Positions 43,521 through 55,513 of a DNA stretch of 64,000 nt are shown here, piece after piece. The stretch is from Tetramitus jugosus. Its lineage: Eukaryota > Protista > Heterolobosea. The notes beneath the pieces were generated by a model. The model was not told where the DNA came from. It ran no database searches and worked only from the letters and a program-made list of their open reading frames with translations. The position numbers were made by a program, and so were the translations under genes. The stretch's first letter is position 1; the number at the start of each line of letters is the position of its first letter. The stretch lies in contig OW569347.1 of assembly GCA_937625935.1 (NCBI GenBank), positions 434,001 through 498,000 of the forward strand, written 5' to 3'.

Positions 43521-46500
43521 TTAGCAACCAGCAATCTCCTTTGAACTCGTGAAGAGGCGTCGCATCACCTCCACACATCTCCTCTTTGTATGATCGACAA
43601 ATTGTTGGGACTTCTCCCTTGCCTTCTTCTTCTCTATTCCACTCTTCGTCAGTCCTTTGATCACTTGTTTCAGCGCCCTTGTTTCAATACCCAACATGCC
43701 AAGCATGTATTCCTTGCTAGTTTTCCTCCGCTTATTGACTAGTAATGCACCGTTGCTCCATCGTTGGTTGTCGAACCACATGTCTACTCTTTGGTCCTTG
43801 TGAAGACCCATTTTACTCAGCTTGGTGGAAACTTCCTTCACCAACAGCTTTCTGGCCATTATCGCCACCGGGCATCTAACGAGACAATGTAACACCGTTT
43901 CCTGTTCAAATTTGCATTTGGGACATAGCGTATCCATGTCCACTACTCCATAGAGATGTTGGACAACGGCCTTAGTGTGAATTGTGTGACTTTTCACCTG
44001 AGCCACAAACCATTCCAGTGCACGGTCGACCCTGAAAGGGCATCTCATAAATTTAAAATCTACAGCACCTCCTAAACACTTAGACTGTATCCACCATACC
44101 TTCTCCTCTTTCACCCTATCCCTATGTCGTCGCAAGAAGACTCGCCACAACTGTTCCTTCTCTACGACCTCAAAACTATCATTGTACATTAACCTTGGGG
44201 TAGTGTCGGCTGAATGCTCGTGATTTCCATTGCACTGTAGCATTTCAAGGTCACTTGTCAAGTAATGTATCTGCGAGAACTAATTCCAAAATTTCCATGC
44301 CTTTTGACCAATTCGCTATGCCTGATCCACTTTCCACCCACTGTCAATTGACTCCTCAGCCCTATTCCCACCTTGAACAACCTTTAGATGATGTCATTTG
44401 GCTGAGAGAGTGCCAGATTGCAACTCAGACAGTTGACCTCATTCCCACAAGAAATAGTGAGGTGGTTGGTGTGCATACGGACAGCACACCACTTAAGATA
44501 GCTATGTGCGACGAGCTCAATCCTGTTGTTGGATTGAAATACATTCTCTACCTGGAATGTTTGTAGATGCCTGATCTCCTCAAGCGTATCCAACAACAGT
44601 CTGTGAGCCTCGCCATCATGCTTCCCTTTCAGCATGTTGATGATGAACCAAGCAGTGTTCACCAGCAATGATTCCTCAAATCTACGGAGACCGAAGCCAC
44701 CATTATCGCACGCCACATGCAACAATTCTGAGGGGTACCTCCGCATTGCAACAGAACCCCGTTTGATCAATGCTTTGCCTATATGATTCACTCGGTTGAT
44801 CCACCCTGCCCCCCACTCAGTGAACTCGGAAGCGTAAAGAAACACCGGGTGGATGCATGTGTTGACGATCCTCGCTACTTGTCTGGCAGTTAGTCTCATA
44901 ATGTGGAGTCGCTTGATGACCCTTTCCACCTTGTCTCGGGCTTGCTCTTTCTGTTTGACAGTGCAACCATTTAGGTTCGTGAAGAGTCCTAGTGCCCTGA
45001 AAACTTTCCTACTTCCATTTGCAGCCACAACCACTCCATTGACCATTATATTATGGTCTGATGGTGTTTTTCCATGTTTTCTGACATACAATTCCAGCTT
45101 GGTGGGGTGCATGGTCATCTTTAACTTACCCAAAACCTCGTTCATGCGGTTTGCAGTCATCTCGATGTCATTTCTATCACTTGACATGAGATTACAATCG
45201 TCCACGTACGCAACATTCCAAATGTTTTGAGTCCCTGCCGGGTAACCCTTAGCAAGCCTGGCAGTATACAGTAGCACAGTTTGATGGACTAGAACGTACG
45301 TAGTTGGTGACAACGAATCACCCTGCCTTGTACCCTTACCTATTGGAAAACGTCGCGATAATGTTCCCGTCATCACCCGGGCCCAATTGTTTGTAACCAT
45401 ATCGTGTACCAGTCCGACGATACTACTTGGGAATCCAAAGAACGAGTACACTTCCCTGATGGCGTTGTGTGGGACAGAATCAAAAGCTTTCGCAATATCG
45501 GTCAGCAACAAATACAACTGGCTATCGTTCCTGTTTGCATGGTCGATTACACCCCTCATAATCGATAGCTTCTCTCTGATGTCCCTGAATTTCCTACCTC
45601 CTCCTTGAGTATTTGTGAATATCGAAGCCGCTTCCGCTGCCTTAGACACTCTGGTGTTAAGCAATCTGGTGAACAGCTTAGCCACTGAGCTGAGGAGGCA
45701 GATGGGCCTGTAGTTCGCAATGTCTTGTGCACTCCCTTTCTTGTACGCCGGAATAATCGTACACTCCTTCCACACGGTGGGGAACACCCCACTCACCAGT
45801 ATGTTGTTGAAAAGGTGGGCCAGCACTTCTGCTAGTTCCCAACTGTAATCTCTGCTTTCAGTCACTGGCATTTTGAGCATTTCGTTGTGAATGCCATCAG
45901 GCCCCGGGCATTTCCTATTCCTCAGCCATTTAACTTCATTACGAACTTCTTCCACCGTGATCTCCGTAAATTCCTTCTTAATCATTTCCTCCATTCTGGG
46001 AGCTTCAAGCTCACTAAGATAGCTCATGTCCGCATAGGAATGTGAGAAGGCCGACTCAAAATATTCTGCCGCCTTGCTGCTTACCTTTTCTGGGTCGGCG
46101 TGAGTCATGCCCTCTTCTTCAATGGTGTTAAGCCTGATTCGGTTAGATTTCTTTGCGCTTGCCGTAGAGAAGAACTTACTCGGGTTTACGAACTCTGATG
46201 TTCTTGCAACCCACTCCCACCGTCTGAATCTCTTACATGTGTGTCTAGTCCTCTCTTGATGCAATCTCTGATTGATTATTCCCAGTGTCGACCATACTGA
46301 CTCTCTTCCTATTTCTGTTTGTCCACCATAGTTAGTGAGTACTTTACACAAATGCTCGCCGACAGTACCGCTGACTAGATAATCGAGCACAAGTTTTCTG
46401 CTCTGGATGAGTCTTCTCACACGCCTATTATCCACCCAGCGCTTTGTAGTGCTCTGTTCGCCAAAGAACTCCACAGCCCGAGTAACCAGGACTTTGGTCA

Positions 46501-47350
46501 ACATTTCGCATTGTGTTTGTGGGTCACTCATATCCTCTATCCGTTGCTTAGACAGATCAGACAGCACTTCAGTGGCGTAGTTCGCCCATCTACTGTCCAG
46601 TTTGTTCTTGGGGAAGACCATGCTTGTTCTATCATCCTTGTCACAGCCATCAGTCTTGTGTTCCACTTCCACTGACACCTTCGTTGGTATGTGATCAGTC
46701 AGAGCCCCGTTTCTTGTGAACGCTTCTATATTTCGGACGACACTTAGAGCTGCCTTGTTGGCCCATGTAGAATCAATTCTAGATGACATAGTCCTCTTGA
46801 AGTAGGTGTGGAATTTATGCACTCCTAACACCTGGTTGATATCCTGCATGTTACAACTATACATGGAGCTGATCAGACAATTCGTATTCGGATCTTTGCG
46901 ACCCGATGTTCTGTCCTCCTTAGCGACCACTGCATTATGATCACCTCCAAATAGGACCTTACCAGATGATGCGATACTGCTCATTGTTTCTTTGACGTAG
47001 TTGTAGTGGGGAACATCAATCTTGTGTGGACCGTAATGATTAGCAATGTAAATGGTTTCACTGGCACATTCTACTCTCACCACTTGGAGGCGTTCCCCGT
47101 TGTGGACACTGCCATAACTGGTGACGTTCTTCGTGTTGATAATCGTAGCCAGATATCGACTGGGAAATTCGCATAGGATTGCATAATTCAGTGCTGCCAA
47201 TTGTTTTTGCAACCGCGTCAGTTGCGCCTGGTGTAATATTCTTGTTTCTTGCAGCAAAAGCACATCGATGTCCTCCTGCTCCAACATGTTGAGTATGTCG
47301 ACGGATTTACCAGGCAGTCCGTTGACATTGTACCACATGATTTCTAACAT
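43521..47350 (-). pseudogene. LINE ORF2 (AP endonuclease, reverse transcriptase, C-terminal CCHC); nonsense codon at 44384 and frameshift near 44265
   Basis: WYNVNGL, LLLQET, GGDHN, SRID, TDH; PGPDG, YRPICL, DIAKAFDSV, QGDSLSP, YVDD; CPKC..ETVLHCLVRC. Confidence 0.9.
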
Positions 47351-48448
47351 TGGTTCGGAACTCTCCTCGGCACTCCCGCTTCAGGTGCCCTTCTGCTTCT
47401 TAAAGACGGCAATCTGATCGGAGTGTTGACCAATTGCCTCTTTCTCTGATTTTGTTCATCCAGTTGCGTGGTGGAGCACCTCTTGCCGTTACTCTTCACA
47501 GGAGTGTCTCCGCCATTCACGAGACACATCTCGGCCAGTTCCTCGAAAGCTGACCTGCTTCCTAGTGCACTCGTGCTCTTACTTCTACGTCTTTGAGGGG
47601 AGTGGCCTAGATCATCTAGCATATCGTCTCTTACATCAGGAAGTAAAACTGAGTCCCAATTATCTGTTTCCACTGCTAGCTGCGCAGTGGTTTGTGTTGC
47701 TTCAGCCCCGTCTCTTGACTGGTTCGATGCTCGCTTCTTAGTCGTCCTCTTCTGTATCTTCCTTTGTGGCTCCTCTTGCTGAATAGAAGCATTTACTTTG
47801 AGCTTATTCAACTCCAGTTCCAACTTGTTCATTTTTCTTGTAAGAGACTCGACCATTAGAGTGAGTTGTTTTCTAGTGGTTTCCAATCTTCGGTTAACCA
47901 CCATGATTGGTTCCTCCCTTCTTTCAGTGTACTTGCTCACCTTCACACTGAGACGAGAATCTCCAATCAGTGCTTGCGCGTATGTTGGTGACCTCATTGT
48001 AACAAAGGCCGTATTACTGTTCTTCACCACTTGTTGTACTTTCTCAGTTCCAACAAGTCTCCTCCGTAGTTTTTCCTTCTACACCATGCATAACAAGCTT
48101 CTTGTCATTGTCTAATCCTCTCTTGATGAATGCCTTGGCATTTTTCACACACTTTGTTGTGTTGAAATGCTCCACAAACTCATAGATCTCGTCTTTCTTG
48201 ATGTTGAGCCATGCAATGTACTCATCTTTCTCCCATTTGATCACCTGGACTCTAGTGGCCCAAGGTGAACACCTGCTTGCGACATGCCTCGCAACCTCCA
48301 TGACCGAGCCCTGTTGGTTACTACCCTTAATGACCACTTCACGTTTGTTGACTGTACCTCCTGTGGGAAGTGTAGTCCATACCGCATGCCTGTTTTTGAC
48401 ATACTCGCGCACCCCTTGAGAGGATGGAATGATTTCGTTTGTTGGCAT
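47344..48448 (-). pseudogene. LINE ORF1 (basic, coiled-coil) with a frameshift near 48060
   Basis: Two consecutive ORFs upstream of ORF2, the second overlapping the ORF2 start by 7 nt. Confidence 0.7.
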
Positions 48449-48471
48449 CTGTTTTTTGAGATTCCGTTTTT

Positions 48472-49587
48472 GTTTTTTTTTTTTTTTTTTTTTTAATACA
48501 ACCAATGGTTGCGCTGTTTATTCTGTGTCTCTTCTCTTTACACAAGGTAACTAGTATGATTGTGGCGGCAGAATGCCGCCACTGTTAAATTATTTTCGTT
48601 GCTGATGCTCTGCGAGCATCAGCAACCAGCCATTTTCTTGGAGCTTGTGAAGAGGCGATGCATCACCTCCACACATCTCCTCTTGGTGTTGTCCACAAAC
48701 CGCTTAGCTTTCAGCTTGGCTACCTCCTTCTTGATTCCACTCTTCTTGAGCCCTTTGGTCACTTGCTTAATAGCTTGAGTTTCTACCCCTAACATTCCGA
48801 TCAAATAGTCTTTGCCTGTCTTTCTCTGCTCGTTCATTGTTCGTTTTCCATTGCACCACTGCTGGTTATCAAACCAAATATCAACACATTGCGACTTATG
48901 CAGACCCATAGAGCTTAACCTTTTTGAGACCTCCTTTGAGAGCAAAATCCTGGCCATTCGGGCAACTGGACAGTTCACAAGGCAATGCAAGACCGTCTCT
49001 TGCTCAAAATTGCACTTGGGACACGCCGTGTCCATATCTTCCACCCCGTAGAGATGCTTCACCACAGCTTTTGTGTGAAGTGTTTGGCTTTTGACTTGAG
49101 CAATGAACCATTCAAGCTTCCTATCAACCCTAAAGGGGCATTTCATAAAGGAGAAGTCTGTTGCACCTCCCAAACATGCCTTCTGAATCCACCACAACTT
49201 CTCCCGACCTATCAGATCTCGATACTGCCGAGTGAAAGCATGCCATATCTGCTTTTTTTCAACCACTTCAAAATTGTCCTTGTACATCAGTATTGGTAGG
49301 GTTGCAGCAGAACGATCGTGTGTGCCGTTGCATTGTAGGAGTTCAAGGTCCATGAGAATGTATCCATATCTCTTCGCACTGATGCCAAAGTTACCGTGCG
49401 CTTTGACAAGCTCGCCATGCTTGACCCATTTACCATTTCTTGTCAGCTGCTCCTTCAAGCTGACACCAATCTTAAAAAACTTCTTGGCCACATCGTTTGG
49501 TTGCGACATGGCAAGGTTACAGCTCAAACAATTGACCTCATCTCCATATGAGATAGTCAAATTGTTGTTGTGCATGCGCTCCGCACA
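48472..49587 (-). mobile_element. 5'-truncated LINE copy (ORF2 C-terminal 318 aa, 3' UTR, poly(A))
   Basis: ORF 48619-49575 is a diverged homolog of the adjacent ORF2 tail. T-run at 48473-48494 and the target duplication on both sides. Confidence 0.88.
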
Positions 49588-49640
49588 AGATTCCGTTTTT
49601 TTTGAGAATCACATATCACATATGCTTATCGTTAACAACT

Positions 49641-49711
49641 TCGGTCATGGTATAGGGGTAGCATTCCAGACTGTCACTCTGGCGACCCGGGTTCGATTCC
49701 CGGTGATCGAG
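49641..49711 (+). tRNA. tRNA-Asp (GTC)
   Basis: Acceptor stem TCGGTCA/TGATCGA, anticodon arm CCAGA-CTGTCAC-TCTGG, T arm CCGGG-TTCGATT-CCCGG, discriminator G and a downstream TTTT. Confidence 0.93.
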
Positions 49712-49787
49712 ATCTTTTGCCTGGTTGGCCAGTTTTCTGTTGCCTTGGGTGGAACATGTCAATTCGAACAAAAAGAACAAGTTTGCC

Positions 49788-50945
49788 ATGGTTTCCATCC
49801 GTCTTTTGGTGTTGTCTGATCCGTCTACCAACTTTTACACGGTATTTAAGGACGTTCTGGCCAAGAACAATTCTGAAGAGTGTGAGTTTGTCATGGAACA
49901 GGCATCCATGGCCAACGTATCCCTCAATCACTACAGCGATTCGAGTGGATTGCTTGTTGATCTAAACCCAGAGGAAAGACCATTTCCAAGTACGGACCAG
50001 CACAAGTTTCGAGTGTTCAAACCCAACTTTGTTCTCTTTCGAAACATTGTGTTTGGAGCTGGAGAGGCCGATTACAGGAACATATTGTACGGATTCATGC
50101 ACGCCAACATTCCCTCCCTCAATTCTCTGTTGTCAGTTTTTTGTGCAACACAGAGACCAGTTGTTCATGCTGAGTTGATAAAGATTCAAAAAGAACTCGG
50201 AGAAGATCAATTCCCTCTGATTCGCCAGAATTATTATTCCATGCCATGTCGAATGAACTTTATGCCCAGCTACCCGATTGTGCTCAAGGTGGCCCATGTT
50301 CATGCAGGATTAGGCAAGATCAAGATTGACAATGATGCACAAATGAAAGATGTGAAGAGCATTCTAGAAATTCGCAACAAGGATTATTGCACAGCAGAGA
50401 GTTACATTGCAGGACAGTATGACATTCGTATTCAGAAAATTGGTTCTTTGATCAGAGCATACAGAAGAATCAACTATCATGGATGGAAGGGAAATGTCGG
50501 CACCGCCATCCTTGAAGACATTCCAGTGGAGGACCGATACAAACTTTGGGTGGAAAAAGCGAGTCAGATGTTTGGCGGAATGGATATTCTTGCTGTAGAT
50601 GTCATCGTTGAAGAAGGCACGAACAAGGAATACATTCTAGAAGTGAATGATTGTTCTATTGGATTGGGACCAAATCACGAACAAGAGGACTTGGAGTACA
50701 TGGCAGAGCTGGTTCTTCACAGGGCGGCCAACAAAATTGGAGATGTAACACCTCCAGCCACACAAGTGATCAATCCACCTCTTCCTCTCCAAGAAAACAA
50801 GGACTCCATTGAGAAAAGAACACCCAAGCACTCCCGTATAGGAACTTTATTCTGGAAATCTCTTTCATTATTCGTTCTCCTGCTGGCCCTGTACTTTGCT
50901 TTAGAGCGCGAGAAATTGTGGAATTTGATCGGTTCCAGGTTTTAG
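49788..50945 (+). CDS. Synapsin-like ATP-grasp protein with a C-terminal TM anchor
   Basis: PNFVLFR, IPSLNSL, FPLIRQNYY, PIVLKVAHVHAGLGKIK, YDIRIQKIG, WKGNVG, FGGMDILAV and ILEVN, plus a hydrophobic tail. Confidence 0.85.
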   Translation: MVSIRLLVLSDPSTNFYTVFKDVLAKNNSEECEFVMEQASMANVSLNHYSDSSGLLVDLNPEERPFPSTDQHKFRVFKPNFVLFRNIVFGAGEADYRNILYGFMHANIPSLNSLLSVFCATQRPVVHAELIKIQKELGEDQFPLIRQNYYSMPCRMNFMPSYPIVLKVAHVHAGLGKIKIDNDAQMKDVKSILEIRNKDYCTAESYIAGQYDIRIQKIGSLIRAYRRINYHGWKGNVGTAILEDIPVEDRYKLWVEKASQMFGGMDILAVDVIVEEGTNKEYILEVNDCSIGLGPNHEQEDLEYMAELVLHRAANKIGDVTPPATQVINPPLPLQENKDSIEKRTPKHSRIGTLFWKSLSLFVLLLALYFALEREKLWNLIGSRF

Positions 50946-51108
50946 TCGCACTCGTTGTAAAAAGTTCCAGGGTGTTTTCGAATTCCAGCACCCGATCGAA
51001 GTTTCTCGACCTATAAATTCTCCCACTCATGACAAAACATCTCTCGATACAATAAAAGAAGCCACCAAAACAACTACACTCTGCAATACTCTATCAAACA
51101 TATTAATC

Positions 51109-51633
51109 ATGTCCCAAACTCAAGTCCAATCCATGACTGACATTATCCCTAAGAAAGCTAGTTCTCTGCCCAATGAGGATCTACCTGACTCTGCCATTGT
51201 TTGTGTGGAGACACCAACCACTCAAGAAATTGAACCACTCATCAACAGTGATGAGACTTCTTTGGAGGCAACTGAGTCACCAATTGAGAAGCATGTTGAG
51301 GATGCAAACACTGATGACTGCCTCCTTTCAGCTGAGAAGCAAGAACCTGAAAATGAACATTCTACTACTGAATTGACAACCAAGAGCTCTGAACATGAAA
51401 CAGAGGTGATGGAAGATGAGGAGAAGCAACAAGAAGAGGAACAGAATGAGAAGGACCAAGAAGAGAGCCACAGCAAACTTTGTATCAAGAGATCTAGAGA
51501 GCAAGAAGAAGTACAGGATGATGAAGTAGTAGCTGAGACCGAGAAGGAAGAAGTGGAAACCAATGAAGAGTCTCCAACAAAGAAGGCTAGATTGAGTGAA
51601 GATGTCCCAACCCACGATACGATATTGAGCTAG
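51109..51633 (+). CDS. Acidic disordered protein with an NLS-like PTKKARL motif
   Basis: 174-aa E/D-rich ORF. Confidence 0.6.
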   Translation: MSQTQVQSMTDIIPKKASSLPNEDLPDSAIVCVETPTTQEIEPLINSDETSLEATESPIEKHVEDANTDDCLLSAEKQEPENEHSTTELTTKSSEHETEVMEDEEKQQEEEQNEKDQEESHSKLCIKRSREQEEVQDDEVVAETEKEEVETNEESPTKKARLSEDVPTHDTILS

Positions 51634-51781
51634 CGTCTTCTGAGTAAGCACCTGTAACTCCCTTTGTACATAAATCCATACACTATCTTTTTCGTTTTAG
51701 TTTTTGGCGCCAAGGTTTTCGCGGGCTTTGTCGTTAAATTTTGGTGTTCGCACAAAAATTGGCACAAAAAAAAGTAAGAAC

Positions 51782-53397
51782 ATGATAGCTATTGGAAAGT
51801 CCAACAAGAGTGACAGGCAAAAGAGCAAGCTCTATGGTCCCAATGTCTCCAAAGTGCCAAACAGAATTATCCATCGTGACCACATATCCATTGATAAAAA
51901 GACGGATGAAAAGCACAGCTGGACATTCATGTATGCACTTCCACCTGTAGGTCAGATTACACTGGAGGATTTTGAATCGTCTACGATTGACCGTTTGAAA
52001 TGTAAGTCTCCCGCTTCATTTTTTCCCAATTTTTTGTGTGTTCTGCAACATGTCCGATTTAACAAACACGTTGTCACCTTGAAGTGCTGCGGTTGATTGA
52101 CAATTGGAAGACGAGAGGCAAAGTAGGCAAAGAGTTGTTTGAGCTCATTAGAGAAGAGGGAGTCAAGCTCTTTGGTTCAGATTCCTTGGACACTTGTGAG
52201 AGGGATTGGATCTCACATCACACGCTCCGATTGGCCTATAGCAAGAGTCAGAATTTACAATCATGGTTCAAGCAACAAGAAACAACCTTGTTCGAAGCAA
52301 GACTTCAATTTGTCACTGACGATGTGTTGTTGCAGATTGCTGTAAACAATGGACTGGATGTTGACATTGTGCCTCAAAACAAGGTTCTGGAGATGGGTGA
52401 CAAGCTATTGAAGACATTGTATCAACAGCAGTACTTTGATGAGAGAAGCAAGACAACTCCAAGCTTTAATATCGAAAACATTCGATTGTATCAAGTACCA
52501 TTCACCAGTGTGAACAATTTGGTTCGCTCAAGAAAAGTGTTGCTAGAAAGAGGAAAAGCTTATATATTTGGCATTCATCTAACCGAGTACATTAAACAGT
52601 GCTTCCGAATGAAGTTGTCTGAGCAGATGGCTCACATTTATCGAGTGTGGCCACATTTGGAGGAGAAGGAAAGTGACCGATTGTTGCCTTTCTTGACAAA
52701 TGTTGCCAATAAGGGACTTGAACCAGCACAAAACCTGTACAAGTCATTGAACACAAGTGGCAGAGAAATTACACCAGATATGATTGATGATTTATCCAAT
52801 CAATCATTCCCTCTGTGCATGCGTGTTTTGCATAAGAACTTGAAGAAAGAACATAAACTTAAGCATCAAGGTAGAATGCAGTACGGTTTGTTCTTGAAAG
52901 GCATTGGTTTGTCGCTAGAGCAGGCCCTTCAATTCTGGCAGAATGAATTCTCAAAGATTATGACCGAGAATGAATTTAACAAAAACTATGCTTATAACAT
53001 TCGTCACAACTATGGTAAGGAAGGTAAACAAACCAATTATTCACCATATGGGTGCATGAAAATTATTACAGGTATGAATAGACCTGGAGTTGATGAGCAC
53101 CATGGCTGCCCCTTCAAGAACTTTGACGAAAGAAACTTAAGAAACGAAATGGGCAATGTATCTGACAAAAATGCTGTTGACGAACTTATCAACTTGGTTA
53201 AGGGAAGCCATTACCAGGTAGCATGTCGACGCTACTTTGAACTTACCCACCCTGACATGAACAATGATAGAGAGTTGGCCAAAGAGGATGACGGCGCACC
53301 TTTCTTACATCCAAACGTCTACTTTATGAAATCAAGAAGATTGATCGAGGCTCACGATCGGCTCAGAGGAAAAGAAGCACCTGCTACTAACAAATAA
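51782..53397 (+). CDS. PRIM2: DNA primase large subunit; intron 52002-52084
   Basis: PPVGQITLEDFE..DRL, SHHTLRLA, FPLCMR, HQGRMQYGLFLKGIG, YNIRHNYGKEG and HGCPF (Fe-S cysteines). Confidence 0.93.
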
Positions 53398-53419
53398 ATA
53401 ATATTTATACGATATATAG

Positions 53420-55513
53420 TTACAGAAGACCAATTGATTTTAGGAAGGCGTTGTTGTTTGGTTCTCTTCCCAAAAAGTTCTTCAAAATGTCAATACCATC
53501 TTTCATTCCTCCTACTTGCAAAACCTTTTGTTTGTATCTTCTGCCAACCTCAGGGTTGAATACGGAACCACTCTCGAGGAATGCATGGAACATATCTGCT
53601 GAAAATACCTTTGAATACAAGTAACCATAATATCCTGCGTCATATCCGCCCATCAGATGACCAAAGCTTGCTGATGGATTGGTGCCAGAATGGTGATCAA
53701 TCAATGTAATGTCCTTTCTCAACTTAGCATAAAGCTCAGCACTGTTCACTTCACCATTGCCGGTGTGGACTGTCATATCATACAAACCAAAGAATAATTG
53801 CCTAAGAGTGAACAATGAAACACCAGAGTTCTGAGCATCAATAATCTTCTTGATCAATTCATCGCTCAATGGCTCACCAGTCTTATGATGTTTACTAATA
53901 CGCTTCAGACCCTCCACCTCGAAACAATAGTTTTCCATAAACTGAGATGGCATCTCGACAAAGTCTCTCTCAACTGCTGTTCCAGAAAATCTACCATACT
54001 TGGCCTTGGAACAGAACCCATGGCATAAATGACCAAATTCATGGAATAAAGTGGTGACATCTGAATGTTTCAATAATGCTGGTCTGTCTCCAATTGGTTT
54101 TGGGAAGTTACAAACCATTGCACTGACTGGATGTTGCTCTGTTCCATCTGGTTTGACATAGTGGACTTGAAGAGGGAAGGCAGCAAAGTGATTGTACTTG
54201 CCAGGTCTAGGGAACAAGTCCAAATAGAACTGACCAACAAATTCATCACTATCACCATCAAACACATTGAACAATCGAACATCTTCGTACCACACCTCTG
54301 CATTCTTGTCTTCTTCGAAGCGAAGAGCAAATGTATTCTGTGCAATCTCCAATAATCCATTGAATGTGTGCTCAAATGGGAAATAATCCTTAACCAAGTT
54401 GTCATCCAACTGATAGTCAGTTTCCTTCATTACGCGATCATAGTAGGCGTAATCCCAAGGATTGATCACATCCATATCACTCTCATACTCATTCAACTTC
54501 TTTAGTTGCTTCAATCGATTGATTTCTTCCTTTCCACCCTTGGTTAATCTGTCTCTTAAGTCATTCAGGAAATTGAACACATTGTCATTGTTCTTGGCCA
54601 TTCTGATATCGAGTACATAACTGGCATGGTTCTCAAATCCCAACAACTGGGCAATTTGATATCTCAACTTTAGTGCCTTTTCAAACAATGGCACATTGAC
54701 ATCTTGACACTGACTCGATCTTGCAAAGTCCAGTTTCTTTCTAGTCTCTGGCTTCTTTGCATACTTCATCACTGGAACGACATCTGGTACCTTGAGTGTA
54801 ACAACGTATTTACCACTATCAGCATCCTTGTTGAGTGATTGAATAAAATCATCAGGGCAACCTTCCAAATCCTCCTCACTGAACAGCAATTGGGTAGTAT
54901 CTTCATTTAAATTCTTTTGGAAATCAATGCTCAGCTTACTCAATTGTTCCTTGAGTTGTTTCACCTGGGATTGTACCGTGGTATCAAGAGCGAGACCACT
55001 ACGCTCAAAATCTCGAATCATGCGATCCAACAGTCTCTGCTCATCCGAAGACAGCGTTCCTTGTTGTTGCTGCTGTGCAACTGCCTTGAGAACTTGATAC
55101 ACATCATTTCTCATACTTGACTCAATGCTAAAATCCGATAGCTTTTGCTTGCTATTGGTCGATGCAGCTCTCACTGTGGCATCTGTGGAGACATAGGACG
55201 GAAAAACGACATTCTTGCTCAGAGTGGAAAAGATGCTCTCATCGTACGCCAGGGGCATGACGACACTATCGAACGAAATGGCAGGTGAATCAGACGATAG
55301 GGCAGCTACCTTGTCTTGTAATTCCTTTGAATCACGAATGAGCTGATCCGTGTACGTTTCAATCTGTGAGGCATCCAAATTGAATTGGAGAAGAGAAGGT
55401 TGTGCTTGTTTCTTGTTCAACATGCTAGTGTATGATCGGGTTGAGCTATACGGCAGAGACTTCTTTGTAATTGTTGTTGTTTTGGTGATGCTCAAAAGCT
55501 TTTGTGTAAACAT
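53420..55513 (-). CDS. M3A metallopeptidase (thimet oligopeptidase/neurolysin) with a presequence-like N-terminus
   Basis: FHEFGH, VERDFVEMPSQ and FGHLMGGYDAGYYGYLYS. Confidence 0.92.
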   Translation of the reverse strand: MFTQKLLSITKTTTITKKSLPYSSTRSYTSMLNKKQAQPSLLQFNLDASQIETYTDQLIRDSKELQDKVAALSSDSPAISFDSVVMPLAYDESIFSTLSKNVVFPSYVSTDATVRAASTNSKQKLSDFSIESSMRNDVYQVLKAVAQQQQQGTLSSDEQRLLDRMIRDFERSGLALDTTVQSQVKQLKEQLSKLSIDFQKNLNEDTTQLLFSEEDLEGCPDDFIQSLNKDADSGKYVVTLKVPDVVPVMKYAKKPETRKKLDFARSSQCQDVNVPLFEKALKLRYQIAQLLGFENHASYVLDIRMAKNNDNVFNFLNDLRDRLTKGGKEEINRLKQLKKLNEYESDMDVINPWDYAYYDRVMKETDYQLDDNLVKDYFPFEHTFNGLLEIAQNTFALRFEEDKNAEVWYEDVRLFNVFDGDSDEFVGQFYLDLFPRPGKYNHFAAFPLQVHYVKPDGTEQHPVSAMVCNFPKPIGDRPALLKHSDVTTLFHEFGHLCHGFCSKAKYGRFSGTAVERDFVEMPSQFMENYCFEVEGLKRISKHHKTGEPLSDELIKKIIDAQNSGVSLFTLRQLFFGLYDMTVHTGNGEVNSAELYAKLRKDITLIDHHSGTNPSASFGHLMGGYDAGYYGYLYSKVFSADMFHAFLESGSVFNPEVGRRYKQKVLQVGGMKDGIDILKNFLGREPNNNAFLKSIGLL

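Larger units (their letters stand above)
43391..48458 (-). mobile_element. Near full-length non-LTR retrotransposon (APE-RT, L1/Tx1-like) with poly(A) tail, inactivated
   Basis: ORF1 plus ORF2, a T-run at 43391-43408 (poly(A) on the minus strand), and the duplicated target AGATTCCGTTTT on both flanks. Confidence 0.9.

Noticed and set aside
43383-49603. Thrice-repeated AGATTCCGTTTT as LTRs or a CRISPR-like repeat
   Set aside because: Its position next to poly(A) tails and 5' junctions is explained as a LINE target-site duplication.
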